A DNA stretch of 51,875 bases, taken from positions 1 to 51,875 of the forward strand of contig CAYMSH010000001.1 of NCBI GenBank assembly GCA_964392945.1. Reading direction: 5' to 3'. Source of the DNA: an uncultured Planctomycetaceae bacterium. Lineage in GTDB: Bacteria; Planctomycetota; Phycisphaerae; SM23-33. Below the pieces are notes generated by a model. The model did no database searches. It saw nothing but the letters and a program-made list of their open reading frames with translations, and was not told where the DNA came from. The translations under genes and the position numbers were made by a program. The first letter of the stretch is position 1. The number at the start of each line of letters is the position of its first letter. This document shows, piece after piece, positions 36,539 through 44,428 of the stretch.

Positions 36539-37378
36539 ATGGCGTTCACCAGACAGGAAGTGCTCGACAGACTAAGAGCCCATATCGACGCCGGAGTGCC
36601 GATCATCGGCGGCGGGGCGGGGACGGGAATCAGCGCCAAGTTCGAAGAGGCCGGCGGCGTTGACCTGATCGTTATCTACAACTCCGGACGGTTCCGAATG
36701 GCCGGGCGCGGATCGCTGGCCGGATGCATGCCGTACGGCGACGCCAACGCTATTGTCATGGACATGGCCTCAGAGGTCCTGACAATCGTCAAGGACACGC
36801 CCGTCCTCGCAGGCGTCTGCGGGACCGATCCGTTCAGGCGGATGGACATATTCCTCAAGCAGGTCCGCGATATCGGTTTCTCCGGCGTGCAGAATTTCCC
36901 GACCGTCGGCCTGTATGACGGAATGTTTCGCAGGAATCTCGAAGAGACCGGCATGGGATACGATTTGGAAGTTGAGATGGTCCGCCAGGCTCGCCAGATG
37001 GACATGCTGACAACGCCGTATGCGTTCTGCGCCGAAGAGGGCGCCGCGATGGCCGGAGCCGGAGCCGATGTCGTAGTGGCGCACATGGGGCTGACAACCA
37101 AGGGATCGATCGGAGCCACTAGCGCCCTGTCGCTCGAGCAGGCGCCGGCGAAGGTCCAGGAAATTGCCGATGCGGCAAAAGCCGCCAATCCCGACGTGAT
37201 CGTTCTCTGCCACGGCGGACCGATCTCAATGCCGGATGACGCCGAATATGTCTTGAATCACACCAAAGGCGTACACGGATTCTACGGCGCCAGCAGCATG
37301 GAGCGATTGCCTACGGAGACAGCCATCAAAGAGCAGATGGAAAGCTTCAAGGCCATACGCTTTGACAGCGAGCGGTAG
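36539..37378 (+). CDS. Phosphoenolpyruvate hydrolase-like TIM-barrel protein (Tm-1 C-terminal-half homolog)
   Basis: [48 protein letters not shown]...[12 protein letters not shown] is the family that is almost always paired with UPF0261. It starts 21 nt downstream of the partner gene. Confidence 0.8.
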   Translation: MAFTRQEVLDRLRAHIDAGVPIIGGGAGTGISAKFEEAGGVDLIVIYNSGRFRMAGRGSLAGCMPYGDANAIVMDMASEVLTIVKDTPVLAGVCGTDPFRRMDIFLKQVRDIGFSGVQNFPTVGLYDGMFRRNLEETGMGYDLEVEMVRQARQMDMLTTPYAFCAEEGAAMAGAGADVVVAHMGLTTKGSIGATSALSLEQAPAKVQEIADAAKAANPDVIVLCHGGPISMPDDAEYVLNHTKGVHGFYGASSMERLPTETAIKEQMESFKAIRFDSER

Positions 37379-37386
37379 GCTTGGGC

Positions 37387-39351
37387 TCAACGCGTCGCCG
37401 CGGATTTGCGGATCGATTCGAGAGATTCGAGAATGCCTCGCCCCAGTTCCTTTCCGTTGACCGACAGGATACCGGGCGGCGGTTTGGGGCTCATGCTTAC
37501 TTCGCGCTTGGCGTGCCAGGGATTGCTTACCGTCAGGCTGACGGTTTGACGATCCTGGCTCGCTGAAAATCGCAGAGCTTCGCTGCTGAGTTCGAACTTC
37601 GGCGCCGCAAGCTCTTTCCGCCATTTGTCAAACTGCGAGTCGGTAAGTCCGCTGGCGATTCTAACCCAGAGCGCCGCGCCCGGCAGGGGATTGTCCGGCC
37701 CTTGAGTTTTCTTTCCTGCGAAATGCTCTACTGTCAGCCGCAGCACGTTGTGCGGATTGCCGTCATCTACTATTCGGATCGCCGCCGGCGCCATGTCGGT
37801 TCGCCTGGCCCAGGGGATGCTGACCGCCGCCGCGGCTGTCCCGTAGCGCAGCGTTAGAATCGCTCCCTGGTCAATCGTCACCGGGGCGGAACACGGTTTT
37901 AGGTCTATGCACATCGCATCAGGGCGGCGGAAGACGAAATGGCTCTGCAGGTTGACGGTGTTTTTGCGGTTGACCGTGCGATCGTCATACAGGGCGATCG
38001 CCATGGCCTGATCGCCTCCTGAGGCAGCGGCCCAGAGCGGCGCCAGGTGCAGCGCCTTTGTGTGACCGGCCGCTCCCACGGAGAACTTCCGCTTTCCGTA
38101 GGGGTCTTCACGTCCGTCTGCGATGAAGTAGCATCGCGAGGCGGTCCGATCCCCCGGCAGGCTGACGGCAAGCGGCAGGTCCATCACGCCGTAGGCCTTG
38201 CCGGAGCAACCCAGCGTAATGTCGCGGTAAACCATGTGCCTTCGCCAGTGGGCCGGGCGCGATCCGAATCGCTGGCGAACATCACGCGGATACTGCTTGT
38301 GGGCCATTTCGTATAGCTTCTCCGAAGGCTTCCATGGCCCGAGCCCCGCGTCGAGCCACGCCGCACCGTCCAGGAATCTGCTCTCGGGTGAGTCGAGGAA
38401 TCTTCGGGTTTGCCAGTCGCTGTAGGCCCACGGCGCCCATCCGGCGCGGGCCAGATGGCGATCGAGAAAGTCACTCGCCCCGCACGGATAATTGTACGAG
38501 CGGGAGTGCGATCCGCCGAGATGTCGGCCTGGAGCGAACCAGTTTGCCGCGATGTCGGTCCAGAAAAGCTCGAGCAGCGCCTGGCCGGCTTTGCGGGCCC
38601 GCGGCGTGCGAACGTATTTGTTCAGCAGCACCAGTTCGTCCAGATCCACTCCGTAATACGTCGGCGAATCGTATTCGCAGATACCGTGTCGCCAGGTGTT
38701 CAGGCATACCGCGTCGAGGCGTTTGAGCCCTTCGTGCAGTGCGTCCTTCCGCTCGAACTGCTCGGCCAGCAGGATGAGATTCACCGCGTTGGAGATCGCG
38801 ATGTTCGTGTAGCTCGGATGGACCTTGTGCTTGAGGCATCCGTCTACCGAGCGGCGAAGGCACCGCTCGAGCGTCGTGCGCGTTTTGGCGTCGAGCCGAT
38901 CGCGATGATCCACCCAGAGCGGAATCATGTGGTGCGAGACGAATTCGACGGCGTTCAGATCGGTTACTTTGTCATTGCGCCAGTACCAGCGAAAGTTCCC
39001 GAACGTTTTGCTGGCGGGGTCCTTGTCCTGCATCTCCGCGCCGAGTTCGACGAGCCTGGCCACTCGCGGCAGCATGTCGTTCTTTTCGGATTCCGCCAGC
39101 AGCAGAGCGTAGTTGTACATCCATCGAACCCCGCGGTTTGCGGGAAGTTGGCCTTTGGTGAAACTGTTCCACAGCTCTTCATTACGCCGAATCGCACGGG
39201 GGAAGAAACCTCGCCGCGAGAACTGTGCGCTGCTTTCGCCGCATGCTGATAACAGAAACGGGATTGCCGCCAGCAGTGTCGTGGCGAGAACCGCCGGCAA
39301 CGCGTTGGCCTGTACTTTACTCGATCGGATCATTCCAGGTAGTCTACGCAC
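37387..39351 (-). CDS. Hypothetical secreted lipoprotein, possibly an alpha/alpha-toroid polysaccharide lyase/heparinase-II/III-like enzyme
   Basis: The signal/lipobox is AIPFLLSAC. The N-terminal half is helix-rich (..YNYALLLAES.., ..NAVNLILLAEQFE..) and the C-terminal half is beta-rich. The start is GTG 39351 or ATG 39333. The functional call is weak. Confidence 0.6.
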   Translation of the reverse strand: MRRLPGMIRSSKVQANALPAVLATTLLAAIPFLLSACGESSAQFSRRGFFPRAIRRNEELWNSFTKGQLPANRGVRWMYNYALLLAESEKNDMLPRVARLVELGAEMQDKDPASKTFGNFRWYWRNDKVTDLNAVEFVSHHMIPLWVDHRDRLDAKTRTTLERCLRRSVDGCLKHKVHPSYTNIAISNAVNLILLAEQFERKDALHEGLKRLDAVCLNTWRHGICEYDSPTYYGVDLDELVLLNKYVRTPRARKAGQALLELFWTDIAANWFAPGRHLGGSHSRSYNYPCGASDFLDRHLARAGWAPWAYSDWQTRRFLDSPESRFLDGAAWLDAGLGPWKPSEKLYEMAHKQYPRDVRQRFGSRPAHWRRHMVYRDITLGCSGKAYGVMDLPLAVSLPGDRTASRCYFIADGREDPYGKRKFSVGAAGHTKALHLAPLWAAASGGDQAMAIALYDDRTVNRKNTVNLQSHFVFRRPDAMCIDLKPCSAPVTIDQGAILTLRYGTAAAAVSIPWARRTDMAPAAIRIVDDGNPHNVLRLTVEHFAGKKTQGPDNPLPGAALWVRIASGLTDSQFDKWRKELAAPKFELSSEALRFSASQDRQTVSLTVSNPWHAKREVSMSPKPPPGILSVNGKELGRGILESLESIRKSAATR

Positions 39352-39463
39352 CGCTGATGGTATTACAAGCCGACTTCTCTGATGCAGGCCAAAGAGGTGT
39401 TGTCAATCGCCAATCGTCGCACTAGCATCCATGCATGCACTTAACCGTTACGGGAGAAACAAC

Positions 39464-40300
39464 ATGACTGGACGAACTAAGGGATTCACGCTGACCGATC
39501 TGCTTGTGGTGATAGTATGTGTCGCGCTTCTGGCGGCGCTTCCAGCTTGTATGCCCCGAGAGGCCGTACGGCAGGCAAACAGGCAGGCTCAGGCCATCGA
39601 ATGCCAAGCCAACCTCAATAATATAGGGATGGCGATCGCCATGTTCAGTGTCGAAGATATGAACGCCAGATTCCCGCTCCTGTGGACCGAGGGTCATCCC
39701 GAGGCCGACATAGAGGATACCCACGCGGCTAGCAGTATCGAGTCGCTGAGGACCAAACTTGTCGGAAGCGAGGCTGCGATGCAGAATATGTGGGCTGTGC
39801 TCGACAAGGGGCTGATTACCGAAGAGACCTTTCATTGCCCCTCGGACATGGACTACCAACCCCGCGAATTCAAGGATCGGGCCGAAAAACGAATGAACAA
39901 CGTCGGATGGACGTCGTCGCGTCAGTTTTCGTACGGTCTGCACTTTCCGTACAAGAGAACTGTTGTTGGCGGCCAGGATGTGGGCAACGAGGTGTGGCTC
40001 GGCGGCCAGATGAAAGGGTCGTTCGTCATAATGGCCGATAAGAATCCAGCGCAGAACACGGAACCGGCCGCCGCGGTCTCGCCCAACAATCCGCCGTCGA
40101 ACCACGGAGATTTGGGGTTCGGCTACCTGATGTTCAGTGGGGCGGCCGGCTGGAAGCAGGGCCAGAACGATTCGGATGTCAACGGCGATGACGTCTACAC
40201 GATCGACACCAGCCCCGAAAGCGGCAACTCAAACCCGTCCACACCGGCGGGTTTCGACGATCAATACATAGTCCGCCACCCGGCGATGCCGGAGAAGTAA
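39464..40300 (+). CDS. Type II secretion pseudopilin-like protein (DUF1559-like), prepilin N-terminus
   Basis: ATG 39464 has GGGAG upstream. The N-terminus is MTGRTKG|FTLTDLLVVIVCVALLAAL, followed by CQANLNNIGMAIAMF, which resembles the DUF1559 C-x-x-NLKQIGLA block. The C-terminal part is NHGDLGFGYLMFSG. Confidence 0.8.
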   Translation: MTGRTKGFTLTDLLVVIVCVALLAALPACMPREAVRQANRQAQAIECQANLNNIGMAIAMFSVEDMNARFPLLWTEGHPEADIEDTHAASSIESLRTKLVGSEAAMQNMWAVLDKGLITEETFHCPSDMDYQPREFKDRAEKRMNNVGWTSSRQFSYGLHFPYKRTVVGGQDVGNEVWLGGQMKGSFVIMADKNPAQNTEPAAAVSPNNPPSNHGDLGFGYLMFSGAAGWKQGQNDSDVNGDDVYTIDTSPESGNSNPSTPAGFDDQYIVRHPAMPEK

Positions 40301-40323
40301 CTATTTGTCCCTGTAGGCGCGGA

Positions 40324-40360
40324 CAAACTCATCAGGCGTGATTCCCGTCTGATGAGTTTG
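40324..40360. repeat. Perfect 12-bp inverted repeat (hairpin) at the hicA 3' end, between convergent genes
   Basis: CAAACTCATCAG (40324-40335) and CTGATGAGTTTG (40349-40360) are separated by a 13-nt loop. There is no U-tract on either strand. Confidence 0.8.
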
Positions 40361-40526
40361 CACTTCGTAGTGTGCCGATGGCGAGTTCCTTGTGTAGGGG
40401 GACAACACAGCCGGCATCTTTCTTGCGAAGGACAACATGGCTGCCGCGCTGTCCGGCGACATCAAAACCAAGCGTTCTGAAAACCTTGATCGCCCTTGCT
40501 CCGGAGATTCTTGGCAGTTCAGGCAT
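40332..40526 (-). CDS. hicA: HicA-family toxin (mRNA interferase), C-terminus apparently frameshifted
   Basis: MPELPRISGARAIKVFRTLGFDVAGQRGSHVVLRKKDAGCVVPLHKELAIGTLRS is a typical HicA/YcfA core. The last 11 codons (ANSSDGNHA*) are atypical. Another frame continues QTHQTGITPDEFVRAYRDK* to 40301, which resembles the canonical HicA C-terminal helix. Confidence 0.75.
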   Translation of the reverse strand: MPELPRISGARAIKVFRTLGFDVAGQRGSHVVLRKKDAGCVVPLHKELAIGTLRSANSSDGNHA

Positions 40527-40728
40527 GAACCGGAATCTCGAAAGTTGTCAAGATGGGATGAGACGTAGTCTCCAGAGGAAATTCCTCCAGATACAATTCC
40601 GTCGCCTCTTTCAGGTTCGCCAGGGCCAGTTCAATAGTTTCCCCCTGGCTGGCGACGCCTGTTTCCGGGCACTCGGCCACGTACAGGTCGCCTTCCTGAT
40701 GCAATATGGCGGTGAATGTTCTTGTCAT
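40519..40728 (-). CDS. hicB: HicB-family antitoxin (short UPF0150-type, no DNA-binding domain)
   Basis: ATG 40728 has GGAG 8 nt upstream. The sequence is MTRTFTAILHQEGDLYVAECPETGVASQGETIELALANLKEATELYLEE. Its stop overlaps the hicA start (ATGCCTGA). Confidence 0.8.
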   Translation of the reverse strand: MTRTFTAILHQEGDLYVAECPETGVASQGETIELALANLKEATELYLEEFPLETTSHPILTTFEIPVHA

Positions 40729-40797
40729 AATCAATCTCCATGCACACTGTATCAAAACGCCGTAGGAACCCGCAATGTTCTTTTGTCAGATAGTCGC

Positions 40798-42945
40798 TCA
40801 GTGCGCGGATCGCCCGCCGGGACGCGCGTGGGTTTCAATGATTTCGTATTGGGTGGTTCGTTGAGCTGCGTTGAAGCCGGCTTCGTGGATCAGGGAGATT
40901 ACTTGCGGGGCGGTTATGGCGTATGAGGCGCCGGCGGCTTTTACGACCAGTTCCTCCATGAGCACCCCGCCGAAGTCGTCGGCTCCGAACGACAGCGCGA
41001 GTTGGGCCATGTCAGGTCCTTCAGTGACCCATCCGGCCTGGATGTGCGGGATGTTGTCCAGCACTAATCTTGCCAGGGCCACTATTCTCAGGTAGTCCAC
41101 GCCGCTTTGGCGGGCCATGGGCATTTGCGTGTTGCCCGGCTGGAAGCTCCACGGGATAAACGCCGTGAACCCGCCGGTCTTGTCCTGCAGGTCGCGGATT
41201 CGCATGAGATGTTCTACGCGTTGAGCGGTTGTTTCGCCGAGCCCGTAGACCATCGTCGCGGTCGTCTTCATGCCCATTTCCTGGGCGATTTGCATTATCT
41301 CCAGCCAGCGGTCTGTGCGGACCTTTCGCGGGCTTACGCGCTGGCGAACTTCGTCTACGAGGACCTCGGCCCCGCCGCCGGGCAGCGAGTCCAGACCCGC
41401 GGCCCGCAGGCGTTTCAGAACTTCAGCCGCCGAAAGATCGTCAAGAGCGGCCAGGAAGTCGATCTCTGTCGGCGACAGCGAATGAACGCAGATGTCGCCC
41501 AGGCCGAGTGACTTGATCTTCGTGAATACTTCTTCGTAGAACGCCAGATTGGTCTGGGTGTTCAGTCCGCCCTGGAGCAGGACTTGCGTGGCGCCGGCGG
41601 CTGCGGCCTGGGAGACCTTCTCGGCGATCTCGTCAACCGAGAGCACGAACGCTCTTTCGTCGCCGGGCTCTACGCCGAAGGCGCAGAAGCGGCAGGCGGC
41701 CTGGCAGATGTTGGTGACCGAAATGTTGCGGTCGACAACGAACGTCGCTGTCGACGGATCGTTGATCTCCATGCGTCTGGCGTGGGCCATTTGCCCCAGG
41801 TGCCAGAACGGCGTGTTGTCGTGCAGCGCGATCGCGATTTCGGTGTTCACGCGTCCGGCCGGGATGTTGGCCGGCGGGGCGACAGGTTCGATCTGCGCGT
41901 TCTGCTGCGGCGGTTTATAGATGCTGTTTGTAAGCACAGGCTCGAATCCGAGCCTCTCCAGGAAGCTGCTGATCTCTTCAGTGGCGGAAAACTTCTGCTC
42001 GTCGGGCGCTCCGGCCGCCTTGGCGATTCGCTCGTCGAGGCTCGTTCCGCCGGCGTCGTCTGCTCCGCCGTTGAGCAGCACGCCGAGCAGCTTGCGATCC
42101 AGATAGTTCGCCAGCACGCGGATGTGCGGGAAGTTGTCGAGGAAGATTCTCGCCAGCGCTACGATTCGCGCGGTGGTGTGCCCCGCCGGTCCGCGATCGA
42201 TGTCCAGATGTGTTCCGGCAGCGTGGAACGGCAACGCGACGAACGCCCCGAATCCGCCGGTGCGATCCTGCAGATTCCGCAGCGACGCCAGGTGATCGAC
42301 TATATCCTCGTGCGTTTCGAGATGCCCGAACAGCATCGTGGCGTTAGTCGGCAGGCCGATTTCGTGAGCTTGCCTGTGAACCTCCAGCCAGGCGGAGCCG
42401 GATATCTTGTTGTCGCAGATTTTGCCCCGTACATCGGGTGCGAATATCTCGGCCCCGCCGCCGGGGATGGCGCCGAGCCCGATACTCTTCAAACGCTTGA
42501 GGACCTCGATCACCGGCAGGTTCTCCAGGCGTGAGAGGTACTCGACCTCGACAGCGGTAATGCCCTGGATGAGCACGTCGCCGAGCACTTCTCGCCCGTA
42601 TGCGAAGAGGGATTCGTAGTAGTCCAGATTCAGCTCGGGGGCCAGTCCGCCGACGATATGCAGATCGGTAAGCTCCCAACCGGCGGCCTGGTCGATATGC
42701 TCGCGGGCCTGGGCGAGCGTCATCGTGTATCCGTCGGCATCGTCGCTCTCACGCCAGAACGCGCACAAACCGCAGCGATTCTCGCAGATGTTCGATGGAT
42801 TGAGATTCAGGCTGTGTACGAAGTACGTTCGATTCCCGTGCCGCTTGCGGCGGGCCGTGTCGGCCAGGGCGATCAGCTCCGGCGTCTCGGTGTTTGCGAG
42901 CATGTCGATCGCTTCGGATCGTGATATTCGATCGGCCGGGCTCAC
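40798..42945 (-). CDS. mqnE/mqnC: Fused radical SAM enzymes of the futalosine pathway: N-terminal MqnE-like (aminofutalosine synthase) + C-terminal MqnC-like (cyclic dehypoxanthinyl futalosine synthase)
   Basis: The start is taken at GTG 42945, overlapping the mqnA stop (GTGA). It is one uninterrupted 715-codon frame with two complete CxxxCxxC radical SAM cores: CENRCGLC (42763-42786) and CQAACRFC (41683-41706). Each core is followed by the GGL...GG(G)AE...TGGF.AF(I)P motif series. The linker KPPQQNAQIEPVAPPANIPA lies at about 41857-41916. Confidence 0.85.
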   Translation of the reverse strand: MSPADRISRSEAIDMLANTETPELIALADTARRKRHGNRTYFVHSLNLNPSNICENRCGLCAFWRESDDADGYTMTLAQAREHIDQAAGWELTDLHIVGGLAPELNLDYYESLFAYGREVLGDVLIQGITAVEVEYLSRLENLPVIEVLKRLKSIGLGAIPGGGAEIFAPDVRGKICDNKISGSAWLEVHRQAHEIGLPTNATMLFGHLETHEDIVDHLASLRNLQDRTGGFGAFVALPFHAAGTHLDIDRGPAGHTTARIVALARIFLDNFPHIRVLANYLDRKLLGVLLNGGADDAGGTSLDERIAKAAGAPDEQKFSATEEISSFLERLGFEPVLTNSIYKPPQQNAQIEPVAPPANIPAGRVNTEIAIALHDNTPFWHLGQMAHARRMEINDPSTATFVVDRNISVTNICQAACRFCAFGVEPGDERAFVLSVDEIAEKVSQAAAAGATQVLLQGGLNTQTNLAFYEEVFTKIKSLGLGDICVHSLSPTEIDFLAALDDLSAAEVLKRLRAAGLDSLPGGGAEVLVDEVRQRVSPRKVRTDRWLEIMQIAQEMGMKTTATMVYGLGETTAQRVEHLMRIRDLQDKTGGFTAFIPWSFQPGNTQMPMARQSGVDYLRIVALARLVLDNIPHIQAGWVTEGPDMAQLALSFGADDFGGVLMEELVVKAAGASYAITAPQVISLIHEAGFNAAQRTTQYEIIETHARPGGRSAH

Positions 42946-43718
42946 TGGTTGGCCCCTTCGCAGGAGTCGTATTTGGCGATCATCGTGCGGAACAGCTCCA
43001 TGCCCTCGATCTCGCGCGGGCCCAGCTCGTATATCAGCAGTTCGGAAATATATTCCAGGCACTCGGCCCGCGACAGGGCCAGCTTCGGGGCGTACAGCTC
43101 GGCCAGGTGCTCCAGCGCCGCCATTCCGGCGTCTTTGGCCGCGTGTGCAATTCTGGCCAGTTCGCCGGCCTTGGGGTTGTCGGCGCGATGGACCCAGACC
43201 GCGTACACGAACGGAAGCGAGGTCATCTCGGTCCATATCCCCGCCAGGTCGTAGTTGCCGAATTCACCGGGCGGCTGGCACAGAGCTCGATCGCCTATAA
43301 CGACTGTGGCGTCGGGGTCCTGCCCGTCGTGCGGGGTCTCCATCGGAACATCCAGGCCGAAATGCTTCTTCAGCAGGATCCTGGCCATTGCGTTGGACGA
43401 TTTGGACGCCGGGTCGGGCGCCACGCTGCGTATCTGGTCCAGGGGTCGATGGCACTTGAGCCAAACGCTGCGCACCTCGCCGCACGAGGCGATGCCCAGC
43501 GACTCGATCATTTTGATCCCGGGCGTGTTGAAGTAGTCGAAGACCGGAACCATCGCCGCGTCGGCCCGGCCGCTGAGTACGTGGGCCATGAGCTCCGACG
43601 GCGGTCCGTGGAACAGGCTCACTCGCGGATCGACCTGGGTAAGATACGCCGCCAGCGGTGCGGCGTTCAGGAACGTCGCGGCGGCGAATGTATAAGCGTT
43701 GTCTTGGTCTGCGATCAT
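42942..43718 (-). CDS. mqnA: Chorismate dehydratase MqnA
   Basis: FLNAAPL...GRADAAMVPVFDY...DPASKSSNAMARILL...VVIGDRAL...YDLAGIWTEMTSLPFVYAVW matches my recollection of MqnA, a periplasmic-binding-protein-like fold. ATGA overlap with the upstream menG stop. Confidence 0.9.
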   Translation of the reverse strand: MIADQDNAYTFAAATFLNAAPLAAYLTQVDPRVSLFHGPPSELMAHVLSGRADAAMVPVFDYFNTPGIKMIESLGIASCGEVRSVWLKCHRPLDQIRSVAPDPASKSSNAMARILLKKHFGLDVPMETPHDGQDPDATVVIGDRALCQPPGEFGNYDLAGIWTEMTSLPFVYAVWVHRADNPKAGELARIAHAAKDAGMAALEHLAELYAPKLALSRAECLEYISELLIYELGPREIEGMELFRTMIAKYDSCEGANQ

Positions 43719-44428
43719 GGCCTGGAGCCTGTAAAGAGCGTTACTACGCCTGTTGACAGCGGGGTCTTGGCGACATTTTCAAATCCCGCGTCGGCCATTG
43801 CGTCGCAGATGGCTTGCGGCTGGGGGAAGTTTTCTATCGATCTTACAAGGTACTTGTAAGCTCCGCGGCGCGACAGGATCCATCCGGCCAGCGGGACGAA
43901 GGAGCGATTATAGACTTTGTGTCCGAATCTCGCCAGCGTTCCGGCCGGGCGGGTCAGTTCGAGTATGGATATGCGTCCGCCGGGGCGCACCAGGCTAATC
44001 ATCCGCTCCAACGCTGCGGCGCGGTCGGTGATGTTGCGAATGCAGAACGCGCACGTGACCCCGTCGAACGGGGCTTCGGGGAATTCGTGGGTCGGGTCTG
44101 TCACATCTGCGGCGCGAAATGTCAGGCAATCGTCCATCCCTGATGCGAGGGCCTTTTCGTCGGCGATCGCGAGCATCGCCTCGGCGGGGTCTATTCCCAG
44201 CACCTTGGCATGGGGGGCCTGTCGCACGATCTCCATCGCCACGTCGCCGGTCCCGCAGCCTACGTCCAGGAAGGTCTGTCCGTCCTCGGGCTCCAGAGCG
44301 CCGACGGCCTTGCGGCGCCAGTATCCGTCCATGCCGAGCGAGATTACCCTGTTAAGCAGATCGTACCGCTTGGCTATCCGATCGAACATGATGCGGTTGT
44401 CGTCGCTGGATATCAGCGTGTCATTCAT
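43715..44428 (-). CDS. menG: Demethylmenaquinone methyltransferase (UbiE/MenG family)
   Basis: FDRIAKRYDLLNRVISLGMDGYWRR...LDVGCGTGD...GGRISILE...Y...S...FP are UbiE family signature blocks. ATGA overlap with the upstream gene. Confidence 0.9.
   Translation of the reverse strand: MNDTLISSDDNRIMFDRIAKRYDLLNRVISLGMDGYWRRKAVGALEPEDGQTFLDVGCGTGDVAMEIVRQAPHAKVLGIDPAEAMLAIADEKALASGMDDCLTFRAADVTDPTHEFPEAPFDGVTCAFCIRNITDRAAALERMISLVRPGGRISILELTRPAGTLARFGHKVYNRSFVPLAGWILSRRGAYKYLVRSIENFPQPQAICDAMADAGFENVAKTPLSTGVVTLFTGSRP

Noticed and set aside
40349-40385. CUGAUGAG sequence reminiscent of the hammerhead ribozyme core.
   Set aside because: There is no downstream GAAA box, no properly placed stems II/III and no cleavage triplet. 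The motif is simply one arm of the 12-bp inverted repeat.
42946-43236. Arg/Gly-rich N-terminal extensions of track ORFs: 40798..43236, 44425..46647 (beyond 46215), 46212..48008 (beyond 46772), 24791..25717 (beyond 25534), 28946..30925 (beyond 30877) and 32069..33928 (beyond 33862).
   Set aside because: Each extension overlaps the upstream gene in another frame and lacks homology-like sequence. The conserved protein N-termini begin at internal ATG/GTG codons that have an RBS or ATGA/GTGA coupling.
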